The translations under genes and the position numbers were made by a program. A DNA stretch of 64,000 nucleotides from contig MU054187.1 in NCBI GenBank assembly GCA_013239625.1, forward strand, positions 12,441,325 through 12,505,324, read 5' to 3'. Source of the stretch: Lama guanicoe. Its lineage: Eukaryota. A model generated the notes under the pieces. The model did not search any database. It was not told where the DNA came from and was given only the letters and a program-made list of their open reading frames with translations. Of this stretch, positions 41,299 through 55,866 are shown in pieces (positions within the stretch are counted from its first letter, which is position 1; each line of letters opens with the position of its first letter).

Positions 41299-42152
41299 TG
41301 ACCATAACCCAACCATTTACATGTACACAGATGCAAAAATTCTAAGAAAATATAAAAAAAAAAATCCTGCAAGAATGGTAAATTATCATCATCAACTTGG
41401 GTTGATGCCAGGAATATAAGATTGGACTTGCATTTGAACATCAATACACTACCCAAAAATACATATCAGTATCCTTCATGAATACAGATGTAAAAATCCT
41501 CAACAAAATACCAGCAAGCCAAATCAAGTAACATCTAAGATGATTATATATATGATCAAGTGAGGCTTATCCCAGGACTGCATTGTTGGCTTAACATCAA
41601 TTAATACAATCCATGATACCAATAGAATAAAGGACAAAAAACTTTTATCATCTCAAAAGATGCAGAAAAAAGCAAGTGAAGAAATCTGACATTCTTTCTT
41701 GATAAAAATTACAAACAAACTAGCAATAGAAGGGAATTTTCTCAACCCGATAAAGCCCATTTAAGAAAAGCTCACAGGTAGCATCATACTTAACAGTGAA
41801 AGATTAGATGCTTTCCTGCTAAGATCAGGAATAAGATGAGGATGTTTTTTTCTGCTCTTACTATTAGAAATTGTTCTGGAGGTTCTAGCCAGGGTAATTT
41901 GGCAAGAAAATGAAATGAAAGGCATCCAGACTGGAAAGGAAAAAGTAAAACTATCTCTATTTGCAGATGACATGACTTTGTATACTGAAAATGCAAAGGA
42001 ATCCACAAAAATACTATGAAATAACAAAATAAAAAATTACCAACCCTAATAAGTACAGCAATGTTGTAGGATACACGATCAATATGCAAAAATCAACTGC
42101 ATTTCTATACACTGGCAATGAATAATCCAAAAATGAAATTAAGAAGACAATT

Positions 42153-42356
42153 TTAAGGGGGGAGGGTACAGTTCAATTCATAGAGTGAATGTTTAGTATG
42201 CACAAGGTCCTGGATTCAACCCCCAGAACTTCCATTAAAAATAAATAAATAAACCTAATTACTTCTCCCCCAAATATATGTAAATATCCAATCACTGAGC
42301 TGTACACCTGAAATGAATATGTTGCATGCCAATTATACCTCAATAGAAATTAAAAA
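42153..42356 (+). mobile_element. SINE head plus L1-like 3' tail, flanked by one TSD
   Basis: TSD aagaaga(c/t)aatt at 42141-42152 and 42357-42368. Confidence 0.75.
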
Positions 42357-43089
42357 AAGAAGATAATTCTATTTACAATAGCATTAAAAAGAATAAAATA
42401 TTTAGGAATAAATTTAATAAAGAAGCCCAAGATTTTTACACTGTTAACTATAAAATTTAATTGAAGAGATTATAGAAGACCCAAATAGACAGAAAGATTT
42501 CTATGTTAACAAACCCCAAGGCAATCTACAGATTCAAGATAATCCGTATTAGAGCCCAGCTAGCTTTTTTGCAGGAATTGACAAACTGATCCTAAAATTC
42601 ATTATGGAAATGCAAGGCATCCAGAATAATCAAAACATGAAAAAAAAAAACCTAACGTGTAGACTCACATTTCCTGATTTCAAAACTTACTACAAAGGTA
42701 CAGTAATCAAGACAAGGGTGTAAGAATGGACATATCCATGAACAGAATAGAATGGAGAGTCCAGAAATAAATTCTTACTTTTATGATCTATTGACTTTCA
42801 ACAAAAATACCAACACAATTCAATAAAGATTAGTCTTTCAGCAAATGGTGCTGGGACAACTGGGTATTAACATGCAAAACAATGAATGTAAAATGGTGCA
42901 GCCACTTTGGAAAACAGTTTAGCAGTTCCCCCTGAATGTTAAATATACAGTTATTATATGACCCAGCAATTCCACTCCTAGCAAAAGAGCAAAAAAAAAA
43001 AGGTATTCAAACAAAAACTTGTACATGAATGTTAACAGCATCATTCAGAGTAGCCAAAAAGTGGAAACAACCCAAATGTTCATCACTTA

Positions 43090-43124
43090 TGCAGTCAAAT
43101 GCTCTACCCCTGAGCTATACCTCC
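43090..43124 (-). pseudogene. 5' half of tRNA-Cys(GCA), tailless retropseudogene
   Basis: Minus strand GGAGGTATAGCTCAGGGGTAGAGCATTTGACTGCA versus recalled tRNA-Cys GGGGGTATAGCTCAGGGGTAGAGCATTTGACTGCA; flanked by direct repeats. Confidence 0.85.
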
Positions 43125-44350
43125 ATTCATCAACTTACGGATAACAAAAACACAGTTATCATTCAGCCATAAAAAAGAATAAAGTATTGGTACATGCTAC
43201 AACACGTATGAACCTTAAAAACATGCTATGTGAAATAAACAGCTGCAAAAAATCACATAATATATAACTCCATTGATATGAAATGTCCAGAAAAGGCCAA
43301 GCCATAGAGACAGAAAACAGATGAGTGGCTGCCAGGGGCAGGGGACAGGAAAGGATGGGAAATGACTGTGAATGGGCATATGGTTTCTTTCTGGGGTGAT
43401 GAAAAAGGTCTGGAATTAGACGCACAACTTCGTGAATATACTTAACCACCACTGAAATGTACACTTTAAAGGGTGAACTTTATGATATGTGAATTTTATT
43501 CCAAAAAAAGCAGTTATTAAAAAATATTACTGAGAGAAACAAAAGATAATCTAGGTAAATGGGAGGTATATATCATCTTCATGGGCTGAAATACTCAGTT
43601 CTTCCTCAACTGATTTATAGATTCAATGTAATTTCAATCTAATACCCCAGTGAAGCTTTTTCTGTGTGGAAATTGGCCAAGATGAACTAAAATTTCTATG
43701 AAGTGCAAAGGGTCAGGAGTTGCTGACCCAAGTCTGAATAAGGACAGGGCTGGAGGATGTAAACCATCAGATATGAAGACTTGTAAGGAGCAAACCAATG
43801 ACAGACATTTTAACACGGCCCTCCTTGTGTTACAGCTCCGACTAGTAACATTACAAGCTGAAAAAACTACTGCACTGTCAATGCATTTTTGATCAAAAGC
43901 CAGAAGGAGAAAAGGTATCAGATGCAGACTCAAAGATGAAAGACCATTCAATCAGAAGTTATCGCAAAAAGCTGTTCCACTTGGGACTAAAGGGTAGATG
44001 AGAAGGGGCTGAAAAGAGGTTTTGTTTTTTAAATATGAGTAAGATTGTGCTTGAAAGCTCACTTTCCAGGTTAGTTATCCATTAAACCTGCCCACGCACA
44101 CGTCGGTCTACAGGGACTCAGAGTGATTAAGCGTGGAAAACCTGTGAGAGAAAACGTCAGGGGACAACCTTTAAGGGCGACAGCTGGCCCCAGGGAAATA
44201 CCAACTGCAGGATGGGGCAAGATGATTTTGTTTCTAATTTTGCTAAAAAGTAGAATAAATTTTCCTTCATAAGACATGATTATAAATAGGATCCCACATT
44301 AAAAAAAAAGTTTTCCACTCCAGGTTTTTCCCTGCTGACTGAATACAAAC

Positions 44351-44511
44351 CTGTTCCTTTTCTAGAAGACCTGCCTTTCGTCACTGGTGGTTTCTTCTTC
44401 ACTGTTGGTGCCTGAAAAGTAGAATGTTCTCTCCATCTCCGAAGCTGAAAATTAATGAACTTCCACATCATGAATGCCTGGGTAATGCAAATGGAGGCCA
44501 GAACAGCAATT
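44351..44511 (-). CDS. TRAM1: TRAM1 exon 10 ([53 protein letters not shown])
   Basis: 161 nt; cccag acceptor, gtttgt donor; peptide visible in ORF 44280..44564. Confidence 0.96.
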
Positions 44512-44853
44512 CTGGGAATATGAAGAAATAAACAGAAAATCAGAGTGCACCAGAACAATGCCACTGAATACAGTAGTCCATCCTGCTTTTACAGTATTAA
44601 CTCAGTGCTAAACTCCCACTCTGTTGGCAAGATTATGTTAAATAAATAATCCCATGAATAATTAATCGCAGAAGTTAAATAAATGCTTTAGTACTTCCCC
44701 AATTTAGACATGGAATCGCAAAAGGTGTGAAATTAATTATTAAATGAGTATCTTTCCTAACCCCCATCTTTACCCTTTGTTTTTTCATATCATAAACTGG
44801 TAATACATACTACATAGTAGTGCAAAGTGGGAAAAAAGTTAAATTGACCATAC

Positions 44854-44997
44854 CTAACAGCCAACACATTGAAGTTTCCAGTACTGAAATCCAACTTCTG
44901 ATTCTCTGCTCTTGCAAGGCCAAAGCCAACAGTGAGTACCGAAAGAATTAAAGTCAGAAGTCTTCCCAAAACAAACAGAACTGCCCACAGAGAAAAT
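44854..44997 (-). CDS. TRAM1: TRAM1 exon 9 ([48 protein letters not shown])
   Basis: 144 nt; cacag acceptor, gtatgg donor. Confidence 0.96.
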   Translation of the reverse strand: MFSVGSSVCFGKTSDFNSFGTHCWLWPCKSRESEVGFQYWKLQCVGC

Positions 44998-45799
44998 CTG
45001 TGAGAAAAATGTCATTAAGTCAGATTATAAAACTGCAAAGATAAAAGATTCTAGGAGTCAGTACATGTATATTAAAACAGCATTTCTTACTGTTCTGAAA
45101 AAAGGATTCTGACATATAACATTTGGGAAATGCTTCATATTATAATCACATTCTTGGAGATATATAACATATCAGCACATGTAAGATTCTAGGAAGTCCA
45201 GTAAAGAAAGATTTTTTTTGTTTAGCTGATCTCTTTTTTTGTGTAACACCAGTTAATGATCTTCAGAACTACTGGTATACAGAACAATTTTGGGAAATGC
45301 TGGATAAAACAGAACAAAAGCTGTGCACACAATTCTCATGAGTCCTATTTTTGCTTCTTTTTTTTTTTTAAGGCTATACACTCTTTGTAAGTCCTACTGC
45401 TTCAATTTTGTTTTCAATTCAATCTTCTCATCAAAATATTTTAATATATTTAAGGCCATATGATCTATTTCAATTTCTTCTGAAAATCCATTCTTCCCTA
45501 CTATTCCTTCTCCAAAAGGAAACTGTGCACAAACAAGATAGAAAGTTATAACAGAAAAGTAAACCTCAAAAGCTCTCAAAATTACCAGTTCTAATAGAAT
45601 ATCTTTCTAGTTAAGAAAGACTATTTTAGAGAACAAAATATCAACTTCAATTGCTAAACAGTGTGATTTTATTTAAAGCTACCAACAGCTTATAAACCAC
45701 TATGACTTCCCACGTCATGGACTTCAGCAATAACAAGGTCCTTGGCAACACAGGCACTGACTTTAATTACACAAGAAAACAGAATGGCTCAACAACTTA

Positions 45800-45922
<123 letters not shown>

Positions 45923-46011
45923 TTACAATGAAAAGATTAATTATCAATTAAGACAGACTAACATACTATCTGCCCAGTCCATATTCCCACCCAGGAAAAA
46001 TTCCAACTCAC

Positions 46012-46082
46012 TTCAGAAGATAAGCTCCAGCAATGTGGAAGAGGTAAAGGCCAATGTAGACGAGCTGACGCGGAATATCTTC
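46012..46082 (-). CDS. TRAM1: TRAM1 exon 7 ([24 protein letters not shown])
   Basis: 71 nt; ttgcag acceptor, gtgagt donor. Confidence 0.96.
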
Positions 46083-49000
46083 CTGCAAATAGAAAATTGC
46101 ACAATAGATTAAAACACGATGGCATAGTCCTGTTCCGCAGGGGCCGGGTGGCAGTGAAAATGCACTCTCACAGCAGCAGGAGGCCCGCTGGCTACTCTGG
46201 CCCGCACCCTCCCGAGATGCTCACCCTAGCTGGCCACAGCTCTTTAACCTCTCCTGGCTTCGGCTTTCTCATCTGCAAAATGTGAATAACACCTGGGTTT
46301 GCACGTATTAGATGAACTCAAAATCCCTTGTAGGACTGAGATCTGTAGTTCTTTTTATAATAAACATGAAATGATACAATATTAATAACCATGACCTTCT
46401 AATATGAAAATTGCTATGTTTATGCCAGCGGAGATGCTTTTGCTCACCTAAATCGTATTCAATTTTTTTAGCTCACACTTTTAGCCCCTTTCATTGCCAA
46501 TTAAATCATTAAAACTGAAGGTTAAAATTCATCTTCTCACTTAGGATACCACCTAATTGTATATTCTTCCTCTTCTTAATAACCCTGTTAAGCTAAGGGT
46601 CCAGATTTTACTTTTGCTTCTCTTTTTCTCTTCCGTAGTCCCCAGTGACCTGGTTATCTTAGAAGGTGGTTTTCAAAGATGTAAGTCAAGTGGATCACGA
46701 AACCAATTTTTGGGGGGGTCACCCTAAAATCTTTTAAAATATGAAATAGGATAAAAAATGTTAGAGTGCACATTGTATTGTTTCATGAAAATCTTATTCC
46801 ATATTTCATACACACAATTAGCTAAAATTTATAGTTTTTCACCTTGGGTTGTAGTCAAAAATGTCTACAAAATATTAACAGTGCTAGGCCCAATAAACAA
46901 CTTATAAAATGTCTGTACCTCTAATTTCTACTCTATTTTGGCAATGCCTGGCATATATATATAATAAGGCTCTATGAGCCTGGTTGGTTATTCCATGTAT
47001 TATGGCTCTAATTAATATTATTTAAATGGCAGCTGATGTCGGCAGACTGAACGGACTGGAACCTATTCGTCTGGAACCTCATTAGACTCATCTCTGGCAT
47101 ATAGCACAGCTGAGCACACGCCTCTATTGGTCTTCCATTTTGCCCCCTACATCTCAGTAGTGAGTTATTTCACCAAATCTTGAGAAAGAACGGAGTTTAC
47201 AAGTATAGTTCTGAAATTGAATTTTTTTTTTTTTTTTAACTAAGCATGGTACAAAGATCAAGTGCTAGAAAGGTGGAACACACGACAGTCGAACGGTACT
47301 AGAGTCCTGTACTTCGGACTCTTGGGGAAGACTCCCAAGGCATGGTACCAAGTTTACAGGGGTTCTTCCAACTGGAGTGAGAAATATCTCTGAAAATAGA
47401 CTGTATGAAGATCCACATAATTTTCAAGCTTCCAAAGAAATATTTCTCCTTAATTAAGGAGAGAGCGAGAAAAGTGTTGAGATAACATGCTGAAGTTCAA
47501 CCACAAGGAAGCCTCTTAATTCTTTTATCATTTAAGCCAGCTCAGTAGTGTTATAAAAGCAATGTGATATGCTATGAATATAGAGGTACCACTATACATA
47601 CATGGTATACATGTTTCCCAAAGTGTGGTGTATATACCATTCACATCATACAACATGATTTTAGATCGTACACAACAAAACACTTCAATTTTCACTGTAA
47701 TTATAAGTAAAACATTTTAAGTTTCAGCAAGATGGCATGTCAGTGACTATGTATGGGAAATACTACCATATTCCTTCAGGTGTGCTAATCAATGTTCCAA
47801 ATTTCAGAGGGGAAAATAATACTGGTGGGGGGGTGGTGGTACTCAAAACTTATAATAGAAGCTTTTTAGTTTAATTGCTGAGTGAATACTAAACTCATTT
47901 CATTACATAAAAACTTGTGAAAGTCAATATAAAAAACTAATTTGCTGAAATAACTGCTGGAAAAATTATTTTACAGAAATGTAACTTCTTAGGAGGATTA
48001 AAAAAAGTTAAAAAAAAAGAAACACAAATAAGTTTTAAATATATGTCATTTAGCAGACAACATAAGCTACCTATCTTTTTTCCCTCTCTCACAAATCTAA
48101 AAACACTAAATTATAAATTACAGACTACATTTTGAAAAGTCATTCGTTTCTTTTATTTTTTTGTCCTTAAATCTCAACCTAATTGAGTCAAGGTTTTGCT
48201 TCCCATTAGTAACGAAAAACCCAGAGCTTCCTCCCCAATTCAGGTTCAATTTGCATCTTACCCTGCCTCTGATAGTCAACCAATTAAATCAATAATGGAG
48301 ACTAAAATGTATCACAGCGTCCATCTCCACAACCATCCGATGTCCAGCAAGAGCTCTGCCAACAGTTTTGTCTTCAACTTTCAAAAGGACAGAGAATCAA
48401 GAAACCTTTTTCTAAGTAACGTTCCCTTCAGCCTTATACAAACTGACCAGTGTCTCTAAAGCAATGTTTGCACACTCAAACCCTAACCAGAGAAGACGTA
48501 AACATAAAACGAGTGACAGAGATTAGTCCACCACAGGGAGTGGTGGAGAGTGTGGTAAACTGGAGAACACACACCCTAGGTTAACAGCACTTCATGTTAT
48601 TCTAAAAATTCAAAGGTAATGGGGGTGATGTAGCATGATTTTTAAAAAGAGAAATGTAATCTAGATTTCATTCAGTAAATGGTGGCCTTTAGCAGCCCCG
48701 TTCTAGGCCAAACTCCTCTGACACTGTCTAACTCTCATGAGGTTAGCCCCACTGGTCGGGTTGCTTCCATGTCTGAGGCCAACAATAAAGACCTTGCCCA
48801 GCACCGCGGTCTCCGAGGCTCCCATGTCTCCACGGGGTGTGGGGATCGGGGACAGTTGACGAGGCTGGGTGAAACACCAGTGTTCTTAGAGGCCGTTTCT
48901 GGGACCAGTTCACGGGCCAGGTTACAGATCTCAGTTAGGGAGTCAGTGCCACTCAAGGCCAGCTCACCACTGTTCTAGAATCTAGAGACTAGGTGAGTAT

Positions 49001-50621
49001 AAAAGTGGCTGAGAGAAAGCTATTTTGGTTTTCACGACGTTTTTGCACATCATGCCATGATTTTGTTATGTTAATACTTATTCTACCAGGAGCCAGAACT
49101 GAGGTTTTGCGTATTTATTTGTTTAAAGATGAATAAACTTTTAAAATACTTGAATAGAAAAAATATATAATGAAAATGAGTTATTAGAAAAGCGTGGCCA
49201 AGCTCCTTAACGCTAGCAGTCAAATAGTTTATATAAGGATGATGTCATGCAGTGATGACTTAAAATTCTGATAGTCTCATTTTTCATGGAAAAATCTAAG
49301 AAACAGAGTACAAGTAAATCAAATTCTAAAATTATAAATAACTAGGTGACATTTTTATTCCAACATCTTTTTATTAAAAAGGTCAGCCATATGCTTTCGT
49401 TAATTTCTCTTTTTGTAAGAAAGTGTTTTTCTTAACTACTCTGTACTGAAAACAAACTTTAAACTGAGTATCACATGTACGCCCAAACACATGAAGCCAT
49501 CTCATATTTAAATCTTTTCAAAGCTCTCATACTATAGGGATCTATACTGATTATTATTATTTTTTCTATAAAGTGTTTTTTTTAAACTTTTTTTATTGAG
49601 TTACAGTCCTTTTACAATGCTGTGTCAATATACCGATTATTTTGAACAACAAATACATGTTTGGGTAAGACACAGAGCCTGGAAACCTCAATCAGTGTCA
49701 TTTCTAAATGGCTACTGAGGTCTAGTGGAGGAATCAAGACAGAAGCAATGATGTACTCTGGAAAGACTGAGATGATTCAAAAAGTAGCTTTAGCGATGAA
49801 GGACAGATATTAACAACAAAGCTGCACATAAAAAGTGTGAATATAACCCTCCTGCAGTAGGAGTGGGGAAAAAGCATTTTTCTACTTTAATACAATTTAA
49901 ATGATACGCGATTATATGTAGAGATAATTAAACTAAATAAACTGAATATCAGAAAGAAAACACTTGGCTGTTTCATCCACACTTCCCTGAAACTTCATAT
50001 ATTCAGGTTGGCTAAGAAATTACATTTTGAATCCTTTCCTGGGCAAAATAGAGATTGTGTATATTGAAGCATATATATTACATGTAATTAAAATATTCTT
50101 CTTATAAGAAACTGAGTTATTTGTGACTAACACACCTCTTGAACCGCTACTAAGTGTTCCTTCATTTCTCTGTAGGATCGGATCAAAACAATCAGTGCAC
50201 CAGTTTTTTCCAGTAAAGAGTTCTTCCAAAAATAATTTTTATAAATTTTAAGAAACTGTTTAACACATATGCAGCTGTTACTTTCAAATTATGTTAATTA
50301 CTTGCAACAGTTACTTTCAACTGTCATATGTAGGTGTTAAAAATAGTTTCAGTTAAGTTCTAAGTTATGCAAATTATTCCATAAAAATTAGATTGCATTT
50401 CTGGAGAAATGCCATCTGGCAGGAATTGATAAGAAATGAGCTTTGAGAACAAAAATGGACAATTATTTTTGAAATGTCCCTCTTTACTTACATGGTCAAT
50501 GAACAAGATACAGACATATGAAACCCAGAGATATTGTATTATGCCTGTGAGTATAAAAGTACATGAAGAGTTTTAAACATTTGGGCCATGGTACTAAGAC
50601 ATCAAAGAACTGTGATGGTCT

Positions 50622-50802
50622 CAGCAGTGCCGTCCAACAGAATGTTCTGCAATGAGACACGTTCCCTATCTCTGATCCAAAATGGCAGACAGTGAAACCA
50701 CATGTGGTGAATGAGTGCCTGCCATAGGGCTAGTGTGACCAAGAAAGTGTTTAATTAATTTAAATGTAGCTAGTGGCTACTATTTTGGACAGAGCCGCTG
50801 TA
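50622..50802. mobile_element. MER3-like hAT MITE
   Basis: Inverted ends cagtgccgtccaacagaatgttctgcaatga ... gctagtggctactattttggacagagc. Confidence 0.7.
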
Positions 50803-52133
50803 GGACATCCATGGCTCACATTAGGTGCTTACTGAATATGGACAGGTTACTGGAAATTGTGAGCCTAAGAATTTTATCTTATCTTAAGACTGTTCTAAGT
50901 CAAAGGTTTGAAGGCTCTTCATCCTAATTCTTACAATCAACCAGAAAACATCTTACTTTATACACGGACTTCATACTTTATACATGGAATTTGGTGGTGT
51001 TTTCTAATTGTAGCAGACAACATTCATGATGACACAGAACACAGAAAAATACAGACATGAAACAGTAGTAATCAAGAACCTATACTCATAAATTAACTAT
51101 TTGCAGCACATATAGAAATAAGCGTTTGTGGCTTTTGAGAAGGCAGGAATAAACTAGTCACCGGAAGGGTGGTTACACTTCTATTTTGGAAAACTTCTCA
51201 AAGTAAGGGGATTAAAAAAAATGTTTTAAAAGTGGAAAAATGTAAAACACACAGAACAGAGAGTATAATGAACCCCCATATACCATCACTCAACTTCATG
51301 GTTAACTCATAACTAAACTTCTCTTATCCACAGCCCCACCTACAGATCATTTCACATATGGGGGTTTTTAAAGAATCTCCTCCACTCTCAAAGAGAATAA
51401 AAGCGCCTGATTAATTTATCAGAGGGAAAAGGTATTCCAGAAAAGAGAACTGATGCGTTGGAGGATGTCCATGTGAATGAGGCACAAGGAGAGGGAAAGG
51501 GGCACAGAAGGGAGAACACTTAGCGCACAGGTGAGCAGCTCTCTTGTGGTTTGAAGCAGTAGGGAGCCAGTACAGGCTGGAGAGGAGAAAGAGTTGGAAT
51601 GGAAGTAAAGTCCACTCTGTGACACCAGGGAAGCCTGACTTCGGAAGCACCGAGGGCGAAACCACAAAGGAGACGCCGCGGTGCTCAGCCGCTCACGGGC
51701 TGTTCAAACAAAACCAACATTTCCCCACTTGCTAAAACAAATAAACATTTCCCCCACCTATTTCAGGAAAAGCTTCACTGGTGAATATTTAACTATGGGT
51801 TACTTTTCTCAATCCTGAATTTTTCTTCAGGACTTATATATAGTACTATAAGTTGTAGACTAATTTAATTAAGCCTTTTGGTCTCACTTGTGAAAATCAT
51901 AAGAATATCAATAACATAAAACTAGTATCACATTTCAAAATTTGTTTAAATTTTAAATTAAATTACCGCTAATACAATTTTAAAATGATCAATTAGCAAG
52001 TTAAATGTAAGATGCCCCTCTAAGTTAAAATGACTAAAGGTTTCTCCAATAAAGACTTAAGGATGCTCAGTCTTTGTGGAAAGAGTGGTGGTGAGAGAAT
52101 GATGGGGGAAGAGCCGAAGTGGGAGGGAGGTTA

Positions 52134-52388
<255 letters not shown>

Positions 52389-53946
52389 TCAGGATATACT
52401 AAGTAGCTACCTCTGTGTTATCATTTCAGGCCCCCTTAGATACCCTGTGCACTTTAAACCATACTCCAACGCCACTTCCCCCAGCGCCCCAGGGTCTCCC
52501 ATCATCAGTCAGCTCCCCTGGATTAAACAGCACAAGTGAAGACGTTATCTGCAGAACCCTGCTAACACACGAACGAGCTGCAAGGAAACAGAGCCCCCAT
52601 CATCCAGTGAATTAACACTGACGAGTGTGCCGCGTGAGCTGCTGAGAACGTAAGGAACGCGCCTCGAGGGAGACGAGTCTCAGGCCACTAAGGCTTCATC
52701 AAAAGGGACGTGGGAAGGGCAGAAAGACTGAAAGAAACATGAAGGTGCACAGATTGTATAATCCGAATTTCAAACAGCCCCTGGCTTTTTTCTTAGGGAA
52801 CTAGAGTAACTCTACCTGGCTGAGACACTAAGAGCCCCGAATAAATGGAGGCAGCACAGGATTCAAGAGACGAGCCGGCCCAGGAGGCGCATCCGTCAGT
52901 CTAGAATCCCGTCTCCTCCCTACATCGCCCCCCTCTGCCCCACCCCCCGCTTTCTCTCCTCTCCCTCCCTCTCCTCCAAGGTCTAAAATAGAAAACATGA
53001 AGCCAATCTGAATAATCCCGGGGGGGGGGCGGGGAGACGGAGAAGACACAATCCCACACAAAGGTGGTATCTGTATCCTATTCTACAACAGTTCACTGAA
53101 TTAAGATGACGTTCAAGTTAGAGTGGCCCAGCAGAGTGGGTGATGTGCACGGCCGTGTTATTCGGCTCATGTCGCTTTGTCCGGCTCGCACACCATGGTG
53201 CGTGTACCGCGCACTGTCTCGGTGACGCGCACCTACAGCCTGGCCCGACAGAGCACGTGAAAAGGGAGAGTTCCCTTGCTGTCAAGGCCCCTACAGTCCT
53301 GGTGAGCGTGGGCACGACAGAAGACTTACATAAAGGAGACAATTACAGAACCACCAAGACAATGTATAGATAAAATACTATACACCAAAATGACAAATTC
53401 AGGAAAGGAGAAGCCAATGCAGGCGAAAAGTAGCAAGGACAACATGGACTAGCTGTACTGGAGTTGGGCTTGAAGAAGCAATCATTTAGCTGCCGGCTTT
53501 GCAACCCCTGAGCTTCTTACAGCACTGAACAGAAGCCTGGGGGGCTGGGAAAATAAAAAAGAAGCCATCCCTGCCCTCAAGCTAATAATGTAAGAGAATA
53601 AGAAATGGAAAGAGTAAGAAGAGACTGGGGCAAAGGAAAGGAGCAGAGAAATGTAGAAGACAGAGCGGTGAAGAGGAGAAAGGGTGAGGGAGGAGAAAGG
53701 GAAGACAGAGGACTCAACTAGAATTATGGTTAAAATCAGTTTTCTCAAGGTAACAGGTGTGTCGAAAAGACTATACATGTGAAAAAAGCACACAAGAATT
53801 TTTTTCTTACAGTAGTAGGACTGCCAAAGACATACCTATGATGTGAATCTGCCTAAGGTCCTAAAGACAATAACCAGAACAAGTCCTGCTTACAAGTGAC
53901 ATGACCATGGTCCTTAACTGAGGAAAGCCTGCTAAAAACGACTTAC

Positions 53947-54005
53947 GTCATCAGGTTGTGGGGATAAGCTCGCCACAAGATAGTTGGGTCTGAGATGTAG
54001 TTTTC
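53947..54005 (-). CDS. TRAM1: TRAM1 exon 5 (ENYISDPTILWRAYPHNLMT)
   Basis: 59 nt; ctcag acceptor, gtaagt donor; frame consistent with neighbours. Confidence 0.96.
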
Positions 54006-55386
54006 CTGAGAAAGAAGATACAAAAATTAGCCTAACTAGTAGGCAGACTTCTTAGAAAATAAGACAGCATTTGTATTTCTTGCACATTTACAATTTTCCA
54101 CATCAAGTTCCAAAGAGCCCACTGAAGTCACACTTTTTAGATGTTTTAGTTATTTTCAGTTCAGTTGAATTGCTGACTTTAGTGAAGTGAAAATCAGTAT
54201 GAGTGACATGATGTCAAAGAAAACGTAATTCCTGGCTTTCGAAATTCTTTCAATCCAGCAGAGGAAAAAATACATGTATGCAAACATACCACCACCAAAA
54301 AAAGAGGAATGGTACTTAACTGAGGTACTTCAGCTACCAGAGGGATGAATTTTGTTGTGGGTAATCAGGGAAGGGGGAGTGGTTCAGAAGAGAGGTGGCA
54401 CCCAACAGGAGACAAAAGATCAAGGAGCTGCCAAGTTTTACAGGATTATGTCCACTTTCTAGCCAAATCTTTTTCTCAGATAAGCACATCTATTTAGTGA
54501 GAATTACTGTATATGCATATAAGAAAAATGCTGGAAGTGATTTATCCTTAATATGTTCACAATGAAACATAACACGTTTATGTTTTTTTTTAAATGTACA
54601 AGATAGATTTTTTTTACAACAATACAGAAGTTTTTTAATGTATAAGATAGATGTTAGCTGAACTTTATATGCATCTATAAAGTATTATTAAAGCAGCAGT
54701 TTAAAATGGAACAAGCACTGGATTGAAAGGTTTGAGTTTTAGTCTATCTCCAGTCTTAAGTGTTGTACTCTGGAAAATTCACTTTGCCTATTTATTCATC
54801 TCTAACAAGGTGATTAAAAAAAATTCTGTGTCCTGATAAACTCAAAAATATGTAAACTCTGGGCTTCATCTAAACTTAAAGGATTGGTACTACTAATATT
54901 AAAGTAGACACTATCTTTTCCCTCAGTAGTCAGAATGATACACTTAAAAGGTTTAGACAGCTTTACTGGAAAAGTCAATCAGTATTTTAATTTCTCAGAA
55001 AATATCTGGACTGTTTTTAAAGAAGGAAATGACTGGAAACAGTGCAACTTATGTAACCTAGTAAAAGTGTCACTGACATCTTTCTGCTAATACAGATATC
55101 TGCAAATGACTACAAGATATGAAAACATTCAGACTGGCTAAAAATGAGTAAAGCTTTCTGAAACATTAAAGACAGTAGGCAATCTTTGGCATATAAAAAC
55201 TAACTAAAAGAGAGGCTTACTGATGAAACTTGATTTATACTAGTTCAACTGAATTCCTAATCTTAGATTAAAACAGTACCAGAGGAAGGATTTTCTAAGG
55301 TTCACGGTTTGCTTATATAAGCATTAAAAATAGGACATCATTTTCGGTTCTAAGTATATAATAAAACACTTTGAGATGAAAATTTA

Positions 55387-55521
<135 letters not shown>

Positions 55522-55569
55522 CTAAAAATAAAAACAATTGTTAATAATTAAGATAATAAAACATATTTA

Positions 55570-55866
<297 letters not shown>

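Larger units (their letters stand above)
40190..43800 (+). mobile_element. L1 cluster in TRAM1 intron 10, antisense to the gene; at least two L1s (older ~40190-41445 and ~43520-43800, younger ~41450-43515)
   Basis: ORF2-like sequence; the gatgcaaaaat(c/t)ct-type segment occurs twice (~41330 and ~41487); L1 3'UTR ends near 43510. Confidence 0.85.

Noticed and set aside
53942..53953. ATF/CRE-like TGACGTAA at the exon 5 donor
   Set aside because: Fully explained by the ATG AC codons plus the gtaagt donor
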